64,000 bases of DNA from Desulfobacterales bacterium (GCA_963668645.2 CAXXWC010000019.1:32001-96000), one strand, 5' to 3'. Positions 8,742 through 17,875 are shown, counted from the stretch's first letter. Notes: generated from the letters alone by a model not told the origin. Translations and numbers: made by a program.

Positions 8742-9911
8742 ATGTACATCTGCGCTTATCCGCATCGCCGGCAACTGATGCAAATCACCCAAAGATGGAT
8801 CTCGGACCGGCTGGAGGCCGACGATCCTGTCCAGATCACCCGAATTCTGACTTACGACAGCTTCGTCGCCTGGCACAGCATGGTCGACTTCGTCCAAGCC
8901 CTCACCCGGCGTCTCGGCCCCGGCCCGGAGGTGCACCGGCTTCCGCTCTACTCCAAAAAAGACCTGAAAGACTTCATCACCAGCCCCGTCGAACCGACTT
9001 CGGCCAGGGTCGCCGAATTGATCCGGACTTACCGCCGGACCCCGGAGTTTTTCTATGTGGGCTCTCCCATGGCCGGCTATCTCTTCCATGATCCCCGGGG
9101 CCGGGTCCTGAGCCTGTGCCGCTTCAAGCGGATCAAACGCATCGCCGAAAAGGCCAGCCGCTACGCAGCGCTCTATATGGGCGACTGCCTGCAGCGCAGC
9201 GCCGAAACCCTCGGCCTTGAGGCCGCCGGCGGAGGCCCCGGAGCCCTGCCGCTGGCCGGGGCCATGGCCGAAGCAGAACGGCGTCTAGCCAGTGAGATCC
9301 GCCAGGGGAGCTTTACCCTGCCACAGGAAAAGATGCAGATCCTGGACGTGGTGGGGGCCAAGATCATCGACCGGGGTTTCGGACCCGAAGGCCTTGAAGC
9401 GGCCATCGCCCAATGGCCCGGCGCCGCCATCCTGGAAAAGGAGATCCACCGGGGGGCCTACAACGCCATTCACTATACGGTGCGTCTGGATATCAACCCG
9501 CAAGCGGTCATCAAGGCCTTTTGCACTTCGCCGCACAAGGCCACCTACCGGCGCCGGGGGCTGACGGCCGGGGAAGGGAACGGCGACTTCGAAAAATTTC
9601 TGGCCACCGGCGCCGGCCATCTGAGCCTCGATTTGATCCTTACCACCTTCGAAGAGCTGATCGAGTCTGAAATCGGCCGCAGCATGCACGAAGCGCGCAT
9701 CTTTCGCCAGCGCCGGGAGGGGGCTGTTTACGGCAATATCCCGGTCAACATCGAGTACATCCTGGAATACCTGTTGGCCGTGGGGCTGAGCCCCGCCGTA
9801 CAGATCGACGAGATTCCCATCAAGATCTGGGGCCGCTACCTGCCCGACACCCTCAGCTTCTGCATCCAGCGCCTCTATGGAATCCCGGAGTTTTCCCTCA
9901 CCGAGGGATGA
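8742..9911 (+). CDS. Hypothetical protein with divergent RelA/SpoT-synthetase-like motifs
   Basis: Long ORF with host-like codon use and an AGGA RBS. Motifs RFKRIKRIAEK, ILDVVGAKII, GAYNAIH, DLILTT..ESEIGRSMH (see findings). Confidence 0.75.
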   Translation: MYICAYPHRRQLMQITQRWISDRLEADDPVQITRILTYDSFVAWHSMVDFVQALTRRLGPGPEVHRLPLYSKKDLKDFITSPVEPTSARVAELIRTYRRTPEFFYVGSPMAGYLFHDPRGRVLSLCRFKRIKRIAEKASRYAALYMGDCLQRSAETLGLEAAGGGPGALPLAGAMAEAERRLASEIRQGSFTLPQEKMQILDVVGAKIIDRGFGPEGLEAAIAQWPGAAILEKEIHRGAYNAIHYTVRLDINPQAVIKAFCTSPHKATYRRRGLTAGEGNGDFEKFLATGAGHLSLDLILTTFEELIESEIGRSMHEARIFRQRREGAVYGNIPVNIEYILEYLLAVGLSPAVQIDEIPIKIWGRYLPDTLSFCIQRLYGIPEFSLTEG

Positions 9912-9919
9912 AGGTTCAA

Positions 9920-9974
9920 CTACCAGATATTGTGGATCGATACTGTTGACACACAAAATAACGGGGGCTATAGT
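9920..9974 (+). promoter_or_regulatory. Tandem NrdR boxes overlapping a sigma70 promoter
   Basis: CTACCAGATATTGTGG (9920-9935) and ACACAAAATAACGGGG (9951-9966), 31 bp apart, resemble acaCwAtATaTwGtgt. TTGACA (9946)-17 bp-TATAGT (9969). Confidence 0.72.
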
Positions 9975-10023
9975 TGCCCCTGCATGACCGATCCGGTTAG
10001 CCAAACTTAGAAAGGAAACCGTT

Positions 10024-10383
10024 ATGAATACCCTGAGCGCCCGCCGCCTTCACGACCTTTTTGATGAAAATCCCCACCAGCAGACCCTTTGCTGGACCGG
10101 CCAGTGCCATGACTGCCAGGCCGGGGTGGAGATCACCGCCACGCCCCGCGCGGACGGGATTCACATTCAGGGCGGCGCAGTTTACGAACCGACCGAGGGC
10201 CGCTTCTATCTCAAATGCGACGCCTGCCACCGGGCCGAACCGGCGCTGCAAAACTTTCAACCCTGCGAAGTCTACAGCCGGGTTGTGGGCTACCTGCGCC
10301 CCGTGTCCCAGTGGAACGACGGCAAACAGGCCGAATTCGCCCTGCGCAAGACCTTCGACGCCAGCCTGGCCGAGGCGCGCTAA
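10024..10383 (+). CDS. Stand-alone class III ribonucleotide reductase (NrdD) C-terminal Zn-ribbon / glycyl-radical domain protein
   Basis: CHDC...CDAC, then PCEVYSRVVGYLRPVSQWNDGKQAEFALRKTF, the NrdD glycyl-radical loop and C-terminus. AAGGA RBS. Confidence 0.85.
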   Translation: MNTLSARRLHDLFDENPHQQTLCWTGQCHDCQAGVEITATPRADGIHIQGGAVYEPTEGRFYLKCDACHRAEPALQNFQPCEVYSRVVGYLRPVSQWNDGKQAEFALRKTFDASLAEAR

Positions 10384-10393
10384 AGGCAAGCGA

Positions 10394-11125
10394 TTAGGCC
10401 GCTGGCCCACCGCTGCAGCGCACCACGATCTCTTCCAGCGGGATATCGGCACCCGAAGCCTCCAGGGCTTTCTTGACGATCCGTTCGAGCCCTGCGCAGC
10501 AGGGTACCTCCATGCGCAGCAGGGTCACGCTGCGGATTGCGGCGCTGCGGAAAATGGCGCTGATGCGGGCGATGTAGTCGGCCGCATCGTCGAACTTGGG
10601 GCATCCCATCAACACGGCCCGGCCCGGCAGAAAATCCTGGTGCAGGTTGGCCGCCGCCACCGCGGCGCAATCGGCCAGCACCAGCAGGTCGGCGTTTTTC
10701 AGAAACGGCGCATGGGGGGGAACCAGGCGGATCTGAATCGGCCAGTGGCCCAGGGCCCCGGATCGGGTCGGACCGGCCAGAGCCCGGGGAGCGTTGGCCT
10801 GGGCGCAGGCATCGGCCGGAGCGAAAATCCGGATCCCGGCCGACGGGCAGGTTCCGGAAGGCGGCGCGGGCTTTTCCCCAAGGCGTTCCAAATGGACCTC
10901 CACCGCCGTCTCGTCGAATTCGTCGGCCTCCCGTTCAACGATGTGCAAGGCCCCGCGGGGGCATTCGCCCAGGCAGGCCCCCAGCCCGTCGCAAAGATTT
11001 TCGGCCACCACCTTCGCCTTGCCGTCGATGACCTGCAGCGAGCCCTCGGCGCAGGACGGCACGCAGAGCCCGCACCCGTCGCATTTTTCCTCGTCGATTT
11101 GGATGATCTTGCGCATCACTTTCAT
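10394..11125 (-). CDS. 4Fe-4S dicluster ferredoxin-like protein of hcp operons (FrdX-like)
   Basis: IDEEKCDGCGLCVPSC, CDGLGACLGECP, HWPIQIRLV, ADC, GCPKFDD, MEVPCC. Confidence 0.88.
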   Translation of the reverse strand: MKVMRKIIQIDEEKCDGCGLCVPSCAEGSLQVIDGKAKVVAENLCDGLGACLGECPRGALHIVEREADEFDETAVEVHLERLGEKPAPPSGTCPSAGIRIFAPADACAQANAPRALAGPTRSGALGHWPIQIRLVPPHAPFLKNADLLVLADCAAVAAANLHQDFLPGRAVLMGCPKFDDAADYIARISAIFRSAAIRSVTLLRMEVPCCAGLERIVKKALEASGADIPLEEIVVRCSGGPAA

Positions 11126-11201
11126 TGTTCCGTCCTTTCCGGGCCGGGGCCTTGCTGAGCGGGATCCGGAGCCCGGCGGCACGGATCCCGGAATTTGAGG
11201 T

Positions 11202-11861
11202 TCAAGCGCCGGATCCGGGCCGCCCATCGGCCAAGGCCCGGCCGGTGGCCGTGAAAAAATCGGCCTGCACCGCCGCCGGGCCGGCCGTATCCAGGTCCGC
11301 CAGGCGCCGGGCATCAAGAATGATGGCCACGGTCGCGTCGGCATGGGCCTTTTCTTCGGCCAGCGCCGCCATCACTTCCGTGACCGCCTTGACCAACTCT
11401 TCCCCGGCCCCCAGACGCCCGAGAATCTCCCGGGCCGCCGATGCGTCGCCCGGCGCCGATCCGGTTTCGCTCAGATAAGCCGCCACCAGGGCCACGGCCG
11501 GATTGGCGCCTTCCGCCTTGGCGATCCGTTCCACATACCGGGCCGTGCGGGTCGCCCGGCCGATGCGCGCAAAATCGGTCTTGAAGTAGTGCTTCATCTC
11601 CACGGCCACCCGGTCCTTGAGCAGGTTTTCCTGGTGGGCCAGGGCCTCGGGCGGCAGGTTGCCGATGCACTGCTCGGCGAAGGGGCAGTAGGCGGCGCAG
11701 CCGAAATCGAGCCTGGGGTTGACGAAACGGTGCCCGCAGTGGGCGCAGCGGCGGGACGGGTCGTCCTTGAAAAATTCCACCTTCCGGCCGCAGGCGGGGC
11801 AGTCCACCTCGTAGACGGCTCCCGGTTTCCAGTACTGCGTGTCTTGTCCGGGACATTTCAT
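11202..11861 (-). CDS. Cys-rich (Zn-finger) protein with a degenerate HD-like domain
   Basis: MKCPGQD..YW...CPACG..VEFFKDD..RRC.HCG..NP..DFGCAAYCPFAEQC, followed by an HD-fold-like region lacking the HD residues. Confidence 0.75.
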   Translation of the reverse strand: MKCPGQDTQYWKPGAVYEVDCPACGRKVEFFKDDPSRRCAHCGHRFVNPRLDFGCAAYCPFAEQCIGNLPPEALAHQENLLKDRVAVEMKHYFKTDFARIGRATRTARYVERIAKAEGANPAVALVAAYLSETGSAPGDASAAREILGRLGAGEELVKAVTEVMAALAEEKAHADATVAIILDARRLADLDTAGPAAVQADFFTATGRALADGRPGSGA

Positions 11862-11893
11862 GGCCGGCTCCTCCTTTTCACGCCCTCGCTTGC

Positions 11894-11914
11894 GGGGAGG
11901 CCGCAGGCCTCCCC
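11894..11914. terminator. GC hairpin between hcp and the downstream genes
   Basis: GGGGAGGCC-GCA-GGCCTCCCC. No U-tract, so it may be an mRNA stabiliser or partial terminator. Confidence 0.4.
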
Positions 11915-11936
11915 GGTTCGACCCCCTGTCGATGGC

Positions 11937-13565
11937 CTATCCCAGGATCGCTTTGAGGTCGTTTTCGGGCGTCGAGATCGGCATAATATTGAAGTGCTTG
12001 ACCAGCACGTCAAGCACGTTGGGCGACACGAAGGCCGGCAGGATCGGCCCCAGCCGGATGTCGCGGATTCCCAGGTGCAGCAGGGTCAGCAGGATGGCCA
12101 CGGCCTTTTGCTCGTACCAGCTGAGAACCATTGAAAGCGGCAGCTCGTTGACCGAGCATCCGAAGGCCTCTGCCAGGGCCACGGCGATCTTGACCGCCGA
12201 GTAGGCATCGTTGCACTGGCCCACGTCGAGCAGGCGCGGGATACCGCCGATATCGCCCAGGTCCTTGTCGAAGAAGCGGAACTTGCCGCAGGCCAGGGTC
12301 AGCACGACACAGTCGGCCGGTATCTGCTCCACCAGCCGGGTGTAGTAATCGCGTCCCGGCTTGGCGCCGTCACAGCCGCCCACGAGGAAAAAATGCCGGA
12401 TGGCCTTCTCCTTGACGGCCGCGATGACCTTGTCGGCCACGCCCAGTACGGCGTTGCGGGCAAAACCGACCATGACCGTCTTGCCGGGCTGGTCCGCGGC
12501 AAAGCCGGGCATGGCCAGAGCTTTTTCGATCACCGGGGTGAAATCTTTATCCGCGATGTGGCGCACCCCGGGCCATCCCACCAGGCCGGTGGTGAAAATC
12601 CGGTCCTGGTAGGTCTCGCGCGGCTTCTGGATGCAGTTGGTCGTCATGAGGATCGCTCCGGGAAAGGCATCGAACTCCCGGGCCTGGTTCTGCCAGGCGG
12701 TGCCGTAGTGGCCGTAGAAATGGGGGTGTTTTTTCAGCGCGGGGTACCCGTGGCAGGGGAGCATCTCGCCGTGGGTATAGACGTTGATCCCCTTGCCGGC
12801 GCTCTGCTTGAGAATCTCTTCCAGATCCTTCAGATCGTGGCCCGAGACCAGAATGGCCTTGCCGGCCTTGGGGCCCAAAGGCACGGCGGTGGGCACCGGG
12901 TGGCCGTAAGTGCCGGTGTTGCCCGCGTCCAACAGTTCCATGGCCCGCAAATTGACCTCGCCGCAGCGCAGGGCCAATCCCACCAGGTCGTGCACCGTCT
13001 TTCGGCCGTCGAGGGTGACGGCCATGGCTTCGTAGATGAACCCCTCCACCGCCGGGTCGCTCTGGCCCAGGATGCGGGCGTGGTCCGCATAGGCCGCCAC
13101 CCCCTTGGTCCCGTAAACGACCAGCTCGCGCAGACAGCGAATGTCCTGATCCAGATCGGCCTCGGCCATGATGCCCACCGTTTGGCCCTGGGCCACCAAC
13201 CCCGCCAGAGTGCCGGCCGGCTGAAAATCGGCGGCTGCATGGTCGAAGTCCATCCCGGCACCGGCCGCAGCCAGACGCTGTTTGAGGTCTTCGCGCCGCC
13301 GCACCGCTTCCCGGACCAGGGGCTCGAAGCGCTGGGGATCGAAATCGACGTTGGTCAGGGTGGAAAAGATCGCCTCACAGGTGAACTTGTCGGTGGCCTC
13401 GTCCCGGATTCCGGCCATGCGGGCCGCATGGGCCGCCAGGCTCAGGCCCTTGACGGCGTAGATCAGCAGATCCTGGAGCGCCGCCACTTCCGGCTGCTTG
13501 CCGCAAACTCCGATATTGGTGCACCCTTCGCCCTTGGCCGTCTGTTCGCACTGGAAACAAAACAT
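11937..13565 (-). CDS. hcp: Hybrid cluster protein (hydroxylamine / NO reductase)
   Basis: MFCFQCEQTAKGEGCTNIGVCGK, SGHDLKDL, YTHGEMLP, GGCDG, LACGK, GQCNDAYS, SWYEQKAV. Confidence 0.98.
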   Translation of the reverse strand: MFCFQCEQTAKGEGCTNIGVCGKQPEVAALQDLLIYAVKGLSLAAHAARMAGIRDEATDKFTCEAIFSTLTNVDFDPQRFEPLVREAVRRREDLKQRLAAAGAGMDFDHAAADFQPAGTLAGLVAQGQTVGIMAEADLDQDIRCLRELVVYGTKGVAAYADHARILGQSDPAVEGFIYEAMAVTLDGRKTVHDLVGLALRCGEVNLRAMELLDAGNTGTYGHPVPTAVPLGPKAGKAILVSGHDLKDLEEILKQSAGKGINVYTHGEMLPCHGYPALKKHPHFYGHYGTAWQNQAREFDAFPGAILMTTNCIQKPRETYQDRIFTTGLVGWPGVRHIADKDFTPVIEKALAMPGFAADQPGKTVMVGFARNAVLGVADKVIAAVKEKAIRHFFLVGGCDGAKPGRDYYTRLVEQIPADCVVLTLACGKFRFFDKDLGDIGGIPRLLDVGQCNDAYSAVKIAVALAEAFGCSVNELPLSMVLSWYEQKAVAILLTLLHLGIRDIRLGPILPAFVSPNVLDVLVKHFNIMPISTPENDLKAILG

Positions 13566-13661
13566 GGTATACCTCCTTTGTCGGTGATGCCGGTGCCCCT
13601 TGGCGGGGCGTTGGATTAACGCGCTGTTGACCCCCACCTTAAGACCCCCGGCGGCGTGAGT

Positions 13662-13679
13662 CCTTGACCTAGATCAAGG
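13662..13679. promoter_or_regulatory. FNR-like HcpR binding site between the divergent hcp and hcpR genes
   Basis: Palindrome CCTTGA-CCTAGA-TCAAGG (TTGA-N6-TCAA). The adjacent regulator has an FNR-type ETLSR recognition helix. Confidence 0.8.
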
Positions 13680-13712
13680 CCGGTGCAATTTTTTTAAAAA
13701 AGGAAGCCCGCC

Positions 13713-14408
13713 ATGACACCATCGATTCGCGCCACCCTGGCCGCCACGCCGCTGTTCGAAGGCCTGGAGGCCGAACAGATATCCGATCTTGCCGCCATCG
13801 CCGTGCAGCGGCGCCTGGAGCGCGGCCGGCGCATCTTCGAGGAGGGGGATGAAGCGAGCGGTCTTTACATCGTGGCCGCCGGCCGGGTGAAGATTTTCAA
13901 AACCGGCCCCGAGGGCAAGGAGCAGATCCTGCACGTCTTCGGTCCCGGGCAGCCGTTCGGGGAAGTGCCGGTCTTTGCCGGCCAGCGCTTCCCGGCCAGC
14001 GCCCTGGCCCTGGATGACTGCCGCTTGATCTACCTGCCCCGCGCCGCCTTCGTACGGCTGATCAGCGGCCAGCCGCCCCTGGCCCTCAACATGCTCGCCG
14101 TGCTCTCGCGCCGGTTGCGCGAATTCACCGTGCAGATCGAAAATCTGGCGTTAAAGGAGGTCCCGGCCCGGCTGGCCGCCTACCTGCTCGCCCTGGCGGC
14201 GGAACAAAAGAGCCCCGAGCGGGTCGAGCTGCATATCACCAAGGCGATGCTGGCCAACATCCTGGGCACCATTCCGGAAACCCTGTCGCGGATCCTGGGC
14301 AAGATGTCCGGCCAGGGATTGATCCGGGTGGACAACCGGGAAATCGCCCTGCTGGACAGGGCAGGTCTGAAAGATTTGGCCAAACGGGGGCGGATCGCGG
14401 CGGATTGA
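13713..14408 (+). CDS. hcpR: Crp/Fnr-family transcriptional regulator HcpR
   Basis: cNMP-binding fold (IFEEGD, GRVKIFK..PEGKEQIL, FGEV) plus HTH LANILGTIPETLSR. Divergent from hcp. Confidence 0.9.
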   Translation: MTPSIRATLAATPLFEGLEAEQISDLAAIAVQRRLERGRRIFEEGDEASGLYIVAAGRVKIFKTGPEGKEQILHVFGPGQPFGEVPVFAGQRFPASALALDDCRLIYLPRAAFVRLISGQPPLALNMLAVLSRRLREFTVQIENLALKEVPARLAAYLLALAAEQKSPERVELHITKAMLANILGTIPETLSRILGKMSGQGLIRVDNREIALLDRAGLKDLAKRGRIAAD

Positions 14409-14471
14409 CTCTCTGCGTCACACAGTTGCGGATAAAATCCGCTCCCACAGCCCAAAGGGCATCCGGCTGCG

Positions 14472-15365
14472 TTAGCCTTCTTTTTGCGCAGCCAGCAGGC
14501 GTATCAGGTCCTTGCCCTGGGCCTCGTCGATGTGGCCGCCCCGGCGGGCCACGGCCACCGTGGCCAGACCCAAGGCGCGGTAAAGGGGCAGAGAGTCCGG
14601 ATTCAGCCGGCCGACGGCGGCCATATGATCAGCTATGGTCTGGCTGTCACCGCGGGCCACGGGGCCTGTGAGGGCCGCTGCCGGCCCGCTTCTGCGCACA
14701 TTGGCCAGGGTCCCGTCGATGAGCGGCCCCATCACGTCGGGGGCGTCTTCGGGAGGTACCCCGGCTTCGGCCAAGAGTGCAAAGGATAGATCGAGCAACG
14801 TGACCAGATAGTTTGAAGCCACCACGGCCGCGGCGTGGTAGAGGGTCTTGGCACCGGTGCGGATCCGGTGGCAGCGGGCTTTCAAATCGGCGCTGACGGC
14901 CTCGGCCAGCGCCAGCGCCGGCCCGTCGCCTTCCACCGAGATGATGATCCCCTGAAACGGGTCATGATCCGTGCTGGTTGCCGCAAAGCTTTGCAGCGGG
15001 TGGATCGAACCGATGTGTGCCCCGGCCTCCCGGGCAGGGGCGAGGATGGTGGACGGCAGCGCGCCGCTGCAGTGCAGCACCACAGTGCCCGGCGCAAATC
15101 CGCCGCGGCGGGCCGTTTCCCGGCAGACTCCGGCGATGGCGTCGTCCGGAGTGGTGATGAAGACGATCTGCGCCGCTAGGGTGACCTGCTCCGGCCGTTC
15201 GGAGAGCAGGGCCGGGGCCTGTAAGAATGCCGCTGCCGCCTCGGCCGAGGCCAGGCGGAGACTTGCCAGCCCGGCCACTGTGTAGCCGGCGCGCTCCAGA
15301 TAGAGGGCCAGGGCCGTGCCCACCCGGCCGCATCCGATAATGGCGATCTTGGGTTTGGGGTTCAT
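14472..15365 (-). CDS. panG: Rossmann-like / DUF2520 ketopantoate reductase, PanG type
   Basis: IIGCGRVG, HCSGA, SIHPLQSF, YHAAAVVASNYL, LTGPVARGD. Directly downstream of panB. Confidence 0.8.
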   Translation of the reverse strand: MNPKPKIAIIGCGRVGTALALYLERAGYTVAGLASLRLASAEAAAAFLQAPALLSERPEQVTLAAQIVFITTPDDAIAGVCRETARRGGFAPGTVVLHCSGALPSTILAPAREAGAHIGSIHPLQSFAATSTDHDPFQGIIISVEGDGPALALAEAVSADLKARCHRIRTGAKTLYHAAAVVASNYLVTLLDLSFALLAEAGVPPEDAPDVMGPLIDGTLANVRRSGPAAALTGPVARGDSQTIADHMAAVGRLNPDSLPLYRALGLATVAVARRGGHIDEAQGKDLIRLLAAQKEG

Positions 15366-15375
15366 GGCTCAAAAT

Positions 15376-16164
15376 TCAGTAGCAGTGCTCCGGTCCGGGA
15401 AACTGCCCTCCCTGGACTTCGGCGGCGTATTGGCGCAGGGCTTCGCCGGCCTGTTCCCCCAGCCGGGTGTAAGTCTTGACGAATTTGGGTACATGGCGCT
15501 CGTTGAGGCCCAAAAGGTCGTGAATCACCAGGATCTGCCCGTCGCAGTGCGGGCCGGCGCCGATGCCGATGGTGGGAATCCTGAGCCGGGCGGTTATCCT
15601 GGCCGCGATGTCGGCCGGGATTCCCTCCAGGACCACGGAAAAGGCCCCGGCAGCCTCCACCTCTTTTGCGTCGGCCAGCAGGCGATCTTCGTCGCGCTGG
15701 ACCCTGAAGCCGCCCATCTGGTGGACCGACTGGGGCGTAAGACCGATATGGGCCTGAACCGGAATCCCGGCGGCGGTCATGGCGCGGATGCATTCGCTTA
15801 CCGCGGCGCCGCCTTCCAGCTTCACCGCCATGGCCCCGGCCTCCTTCAAAAAGCGGCCGGCATTGGCCACCGCCTCGGCCACCGTGGCCTGGTAGCTCAT
15901 AAAGGGCATGTCGCCCACCACCATGGCGCGGGCTGCGGCCCGGGACACCAGGCGGGTATGGTAGACCATTTCGTCCATGGTCACCGGCAGGGTGCTGGTG
16001 CGGCCCTGGACCACCATCGCCAGGGAATCGCCCACCAGAATCATGTCGATACCGGCCTGATCCACCAGGCAGGCGAAGGGATAGTCGTAGGCCGTCAAGG
16101 CTGTGATCTTGCGTCCTTCGGCCTTCATGCGCAGCAGGCTGGTCACCGTCACGGGGCTGGACAT
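15376..16164 (-). CDS. panB: 3-methyl-2-oxobutanoate hydroxymethyltransferase
   Basis: [51 protein letters not shown]. Confidence 0.98.
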   Translation of the reverse strand: MSSPVTVTSLLRMKAEGRKITALTAYDYPFACLVDQAGIDMILVGDSLAMVVQGRTSTLPVTMDEMVYHTRLVSRAAARAMVVGDMPFMSYQATVAEAVANAGRFLKEAGAMAVKLEGGAAVSECIRAMTAAGIPVQAHIGLTPQSVHQMGGFRVQRDEDRLLADAKEVEAAGAFSVVLEGIPADIAARITARLRIPTIGIGAGPHCDGQILVIHDLLGLNERHVPKFVKTYTRLGEQAGEALRQYAAEVQGGQFPGPEHCY

Positions 16165-16540
16165 GGTTGAACTCCCTTAATCAAAAATCCTCGAATGAAC
16201 CGGTTGGTGCTGCAACCATTTTGATTTGATATGAAATTCCCATTCGTTGCATCATATCTGATGTGAGGCGCACGATAATCGATCAGGGGCCGATTGTCCA
16301 CCCTGATCGGGGTCCGGCATGCCGGCGATCCTGAATCGGCGACGCCGGAGTCTTGGCAGGGTGAACCCAAACACCGTCTATTTGGCAATCCGGAACGATA
16401 GATGTGCGGATTTATAGCGACTCTTGCCAAATCTCAAAAGGATCTTGACGATAACTCCCTGCCTGATCTAAAAGGGTTGGTTTATGCTAACGGAACCCCG
16501 ATCCGGCCGGATCGGTGTCGTTATGGAAAGATGATAAGAA

Positions 16541-17806
16541 ATGATCCAATTGATTCGCGGTTTCAAAGACATCCTGCCTGGCGAAGTCGAATTGTGGCAG
16601 CACATCGAGGCCGTGGCCCGCGCTCTTTTCGCCGATTTCGGCTACCGTGAAATCCGGGTGCCGCTGGTGGAAAAAACGGTCCTTTTCTCCCGCGGCATCG
16701 GTGAAGAAACCGATATCGTCGAAAAGGAAATGTACACCTTCCCCGACCGGCAGGGAGAGACCATCACCCTGCGGCCCGAAGCCACCGCCTCGGTGGTGCG
16801 CGCCTACATCCAGCACAAGTACTACGCCGCCGATCCGATGCAGAAATTTTTCACCATCGGACCGATGTTTCGCCGTGAACGGCCCCAGAAGGGACGCTAC
16901 CGCCAGTTTTACCAGATCAACGTGGAGGCCCTGGGCATCGCTGAGCCGTTCATCGACGTGCAGCTGATCCATCTACTGGTCACCTTGCTGGGCAGGCTGG
17001 ATGTCACCGATGCCACACCCCACATCAACTCGCTGGGCTGCCCGCAGTGCCGCCCTTTTTTCCGCGACGCCCTGCTGGCCTACATCGAGGCGCGCCAGGA
17101 TCTTTTGTGCAGCGACTGCCGGCGCCGCAGCCGGCGCAATCCCATGCGGGTGCTCGACTGCAAGGTGCCCGGCTGCCGGGAAGCCATGGCCGGGGCCCCG
17201 GCCATCACCGATCACCTGTGCGACGACTGCCGCGCCCATTTCGACACGGTCCGCGACCGGCTGGCCGCCATGGGAATCGACTACGAGGTGGACAAGCGCC
17301 TGGTGCGCGGACTGGACTACTACACCCGCACCACTTTCGAGATCCACACCGCGGCCCTGGGGGCCCAGAGCGCCGTGGCCGGCGGCGGGCGTTACGACGG
17401 TCTGGTGGAAATGCTCGGCGGACCGCCTACTGCGGGAATCGGCTTCGCCGTGGGCTTCGACCGCCTGGCCGAGATCGTGGCCCTCCAGCAAAAAGATTAC
17501 AGCCGCCCCCCGCGCCTGTTCATCGCCGCCCTGGGCCCGGCGGCCCAGACGGCCGCCTTCGGATGGCAGACGGCCCTGGGCCTGGCCGGAATCCCGGTGG
17601 AAATGGACTACGCCGACCGCAGCCTCAAGGCCCAGATGCGCCGGGCCGACCGGCTCAACGCGGCCAATGTGCTCATCGTGGGCGATAACGAACTGGCCGC
17701 CGGCGAGGCCATGCTGCGCCATATGGCCAGCGGCGATCAGGTGCCGGTGGGTCTGGCCGGCCTGGTGGAAACCTTGAAAACCCGCCTGGCGGCCGCAGGG
17801 GGATGA
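16541..17806 (+). CDS. hisS: Histidine--tRNA ligase
   Basis: RGFKDILP, EKEMYTF, LRPEATA, FRRERPQKGRYRQF, LVRGLDYY, GGGRYDGL. Confidence 0.98.
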   Translation: MIQLIRGFKDILPGEVELWQHIEAVARALFADFGYREIRVPLVEKTVLFSRGIGEETDIVEKEMYTFPDRQGETITLRPEATASVVRAYIQHKYYAADPMQKFFTIGPMFRRERPQKGRYRQFYQINVEALGIAEPFIDVQLIHLLVTLLGRLDVTDATPHINSLGCPQCRPFFRDALLAYIEARQDLLCSDCRRRSRRNPMRVLDCKVPGCREAMAGAPAITDHLCDDCRAHFDTVRDRLAAMGIDYEVDKRLVRGLDYYTRTTFEIHTAALGAQSAVAGGGRYDGLVEMLGGPPTAGIGFAVGFDRLAEIVALQQKDYSRPPRLFIAALGPAAQTAAFGWQTALGLAGIPVEMDYADRSLKAQMRRADRLNAANVLIVGDNELAAGEAMLRHMASGDQVPVGLAGLVETLKTRLAAAGG

Positions 17807-17821
17807 TCCGCAAGAAGACCG

Positions 17822-17875
17822 AACGATCCAAACGATCCAAACGTTCTCAACGTTCTCAACGATCCAAACGACCAA
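17822..17875 (+). repeat. Six tandem 9-nt units (AACG-N5) in the hisS-aspS spacer
   Basis: AACGATCCA AACGATCCA AACGTTCTC AACGTTCTC AACGATCCA AACGACCAA, ending at the aspS RBS. Confidence 0.85.

Noticed and set aside
8742..11861. Alarmone synthetase/hydrolase (toxin-antitoxin) pair formed by the RelA-like ORF and the HD-like ORF
   Set aside because: They lie in separate, convergent transcription units, and the HD-like protein lacks the HD residues and belongs to the hcp operon.
17804..17806. Selenocysteine read-through giving a HisS-AspS fusion
   Set aside because: HisS is already complete, aspS has its own RBS, and the downstream sequence is unstructured with no SECIS-like hairpin.
17822..17875. 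Possible mini-CRISPR
   Set aside because: Units are 9 nt with no unique spacers, and there are no cas genes.
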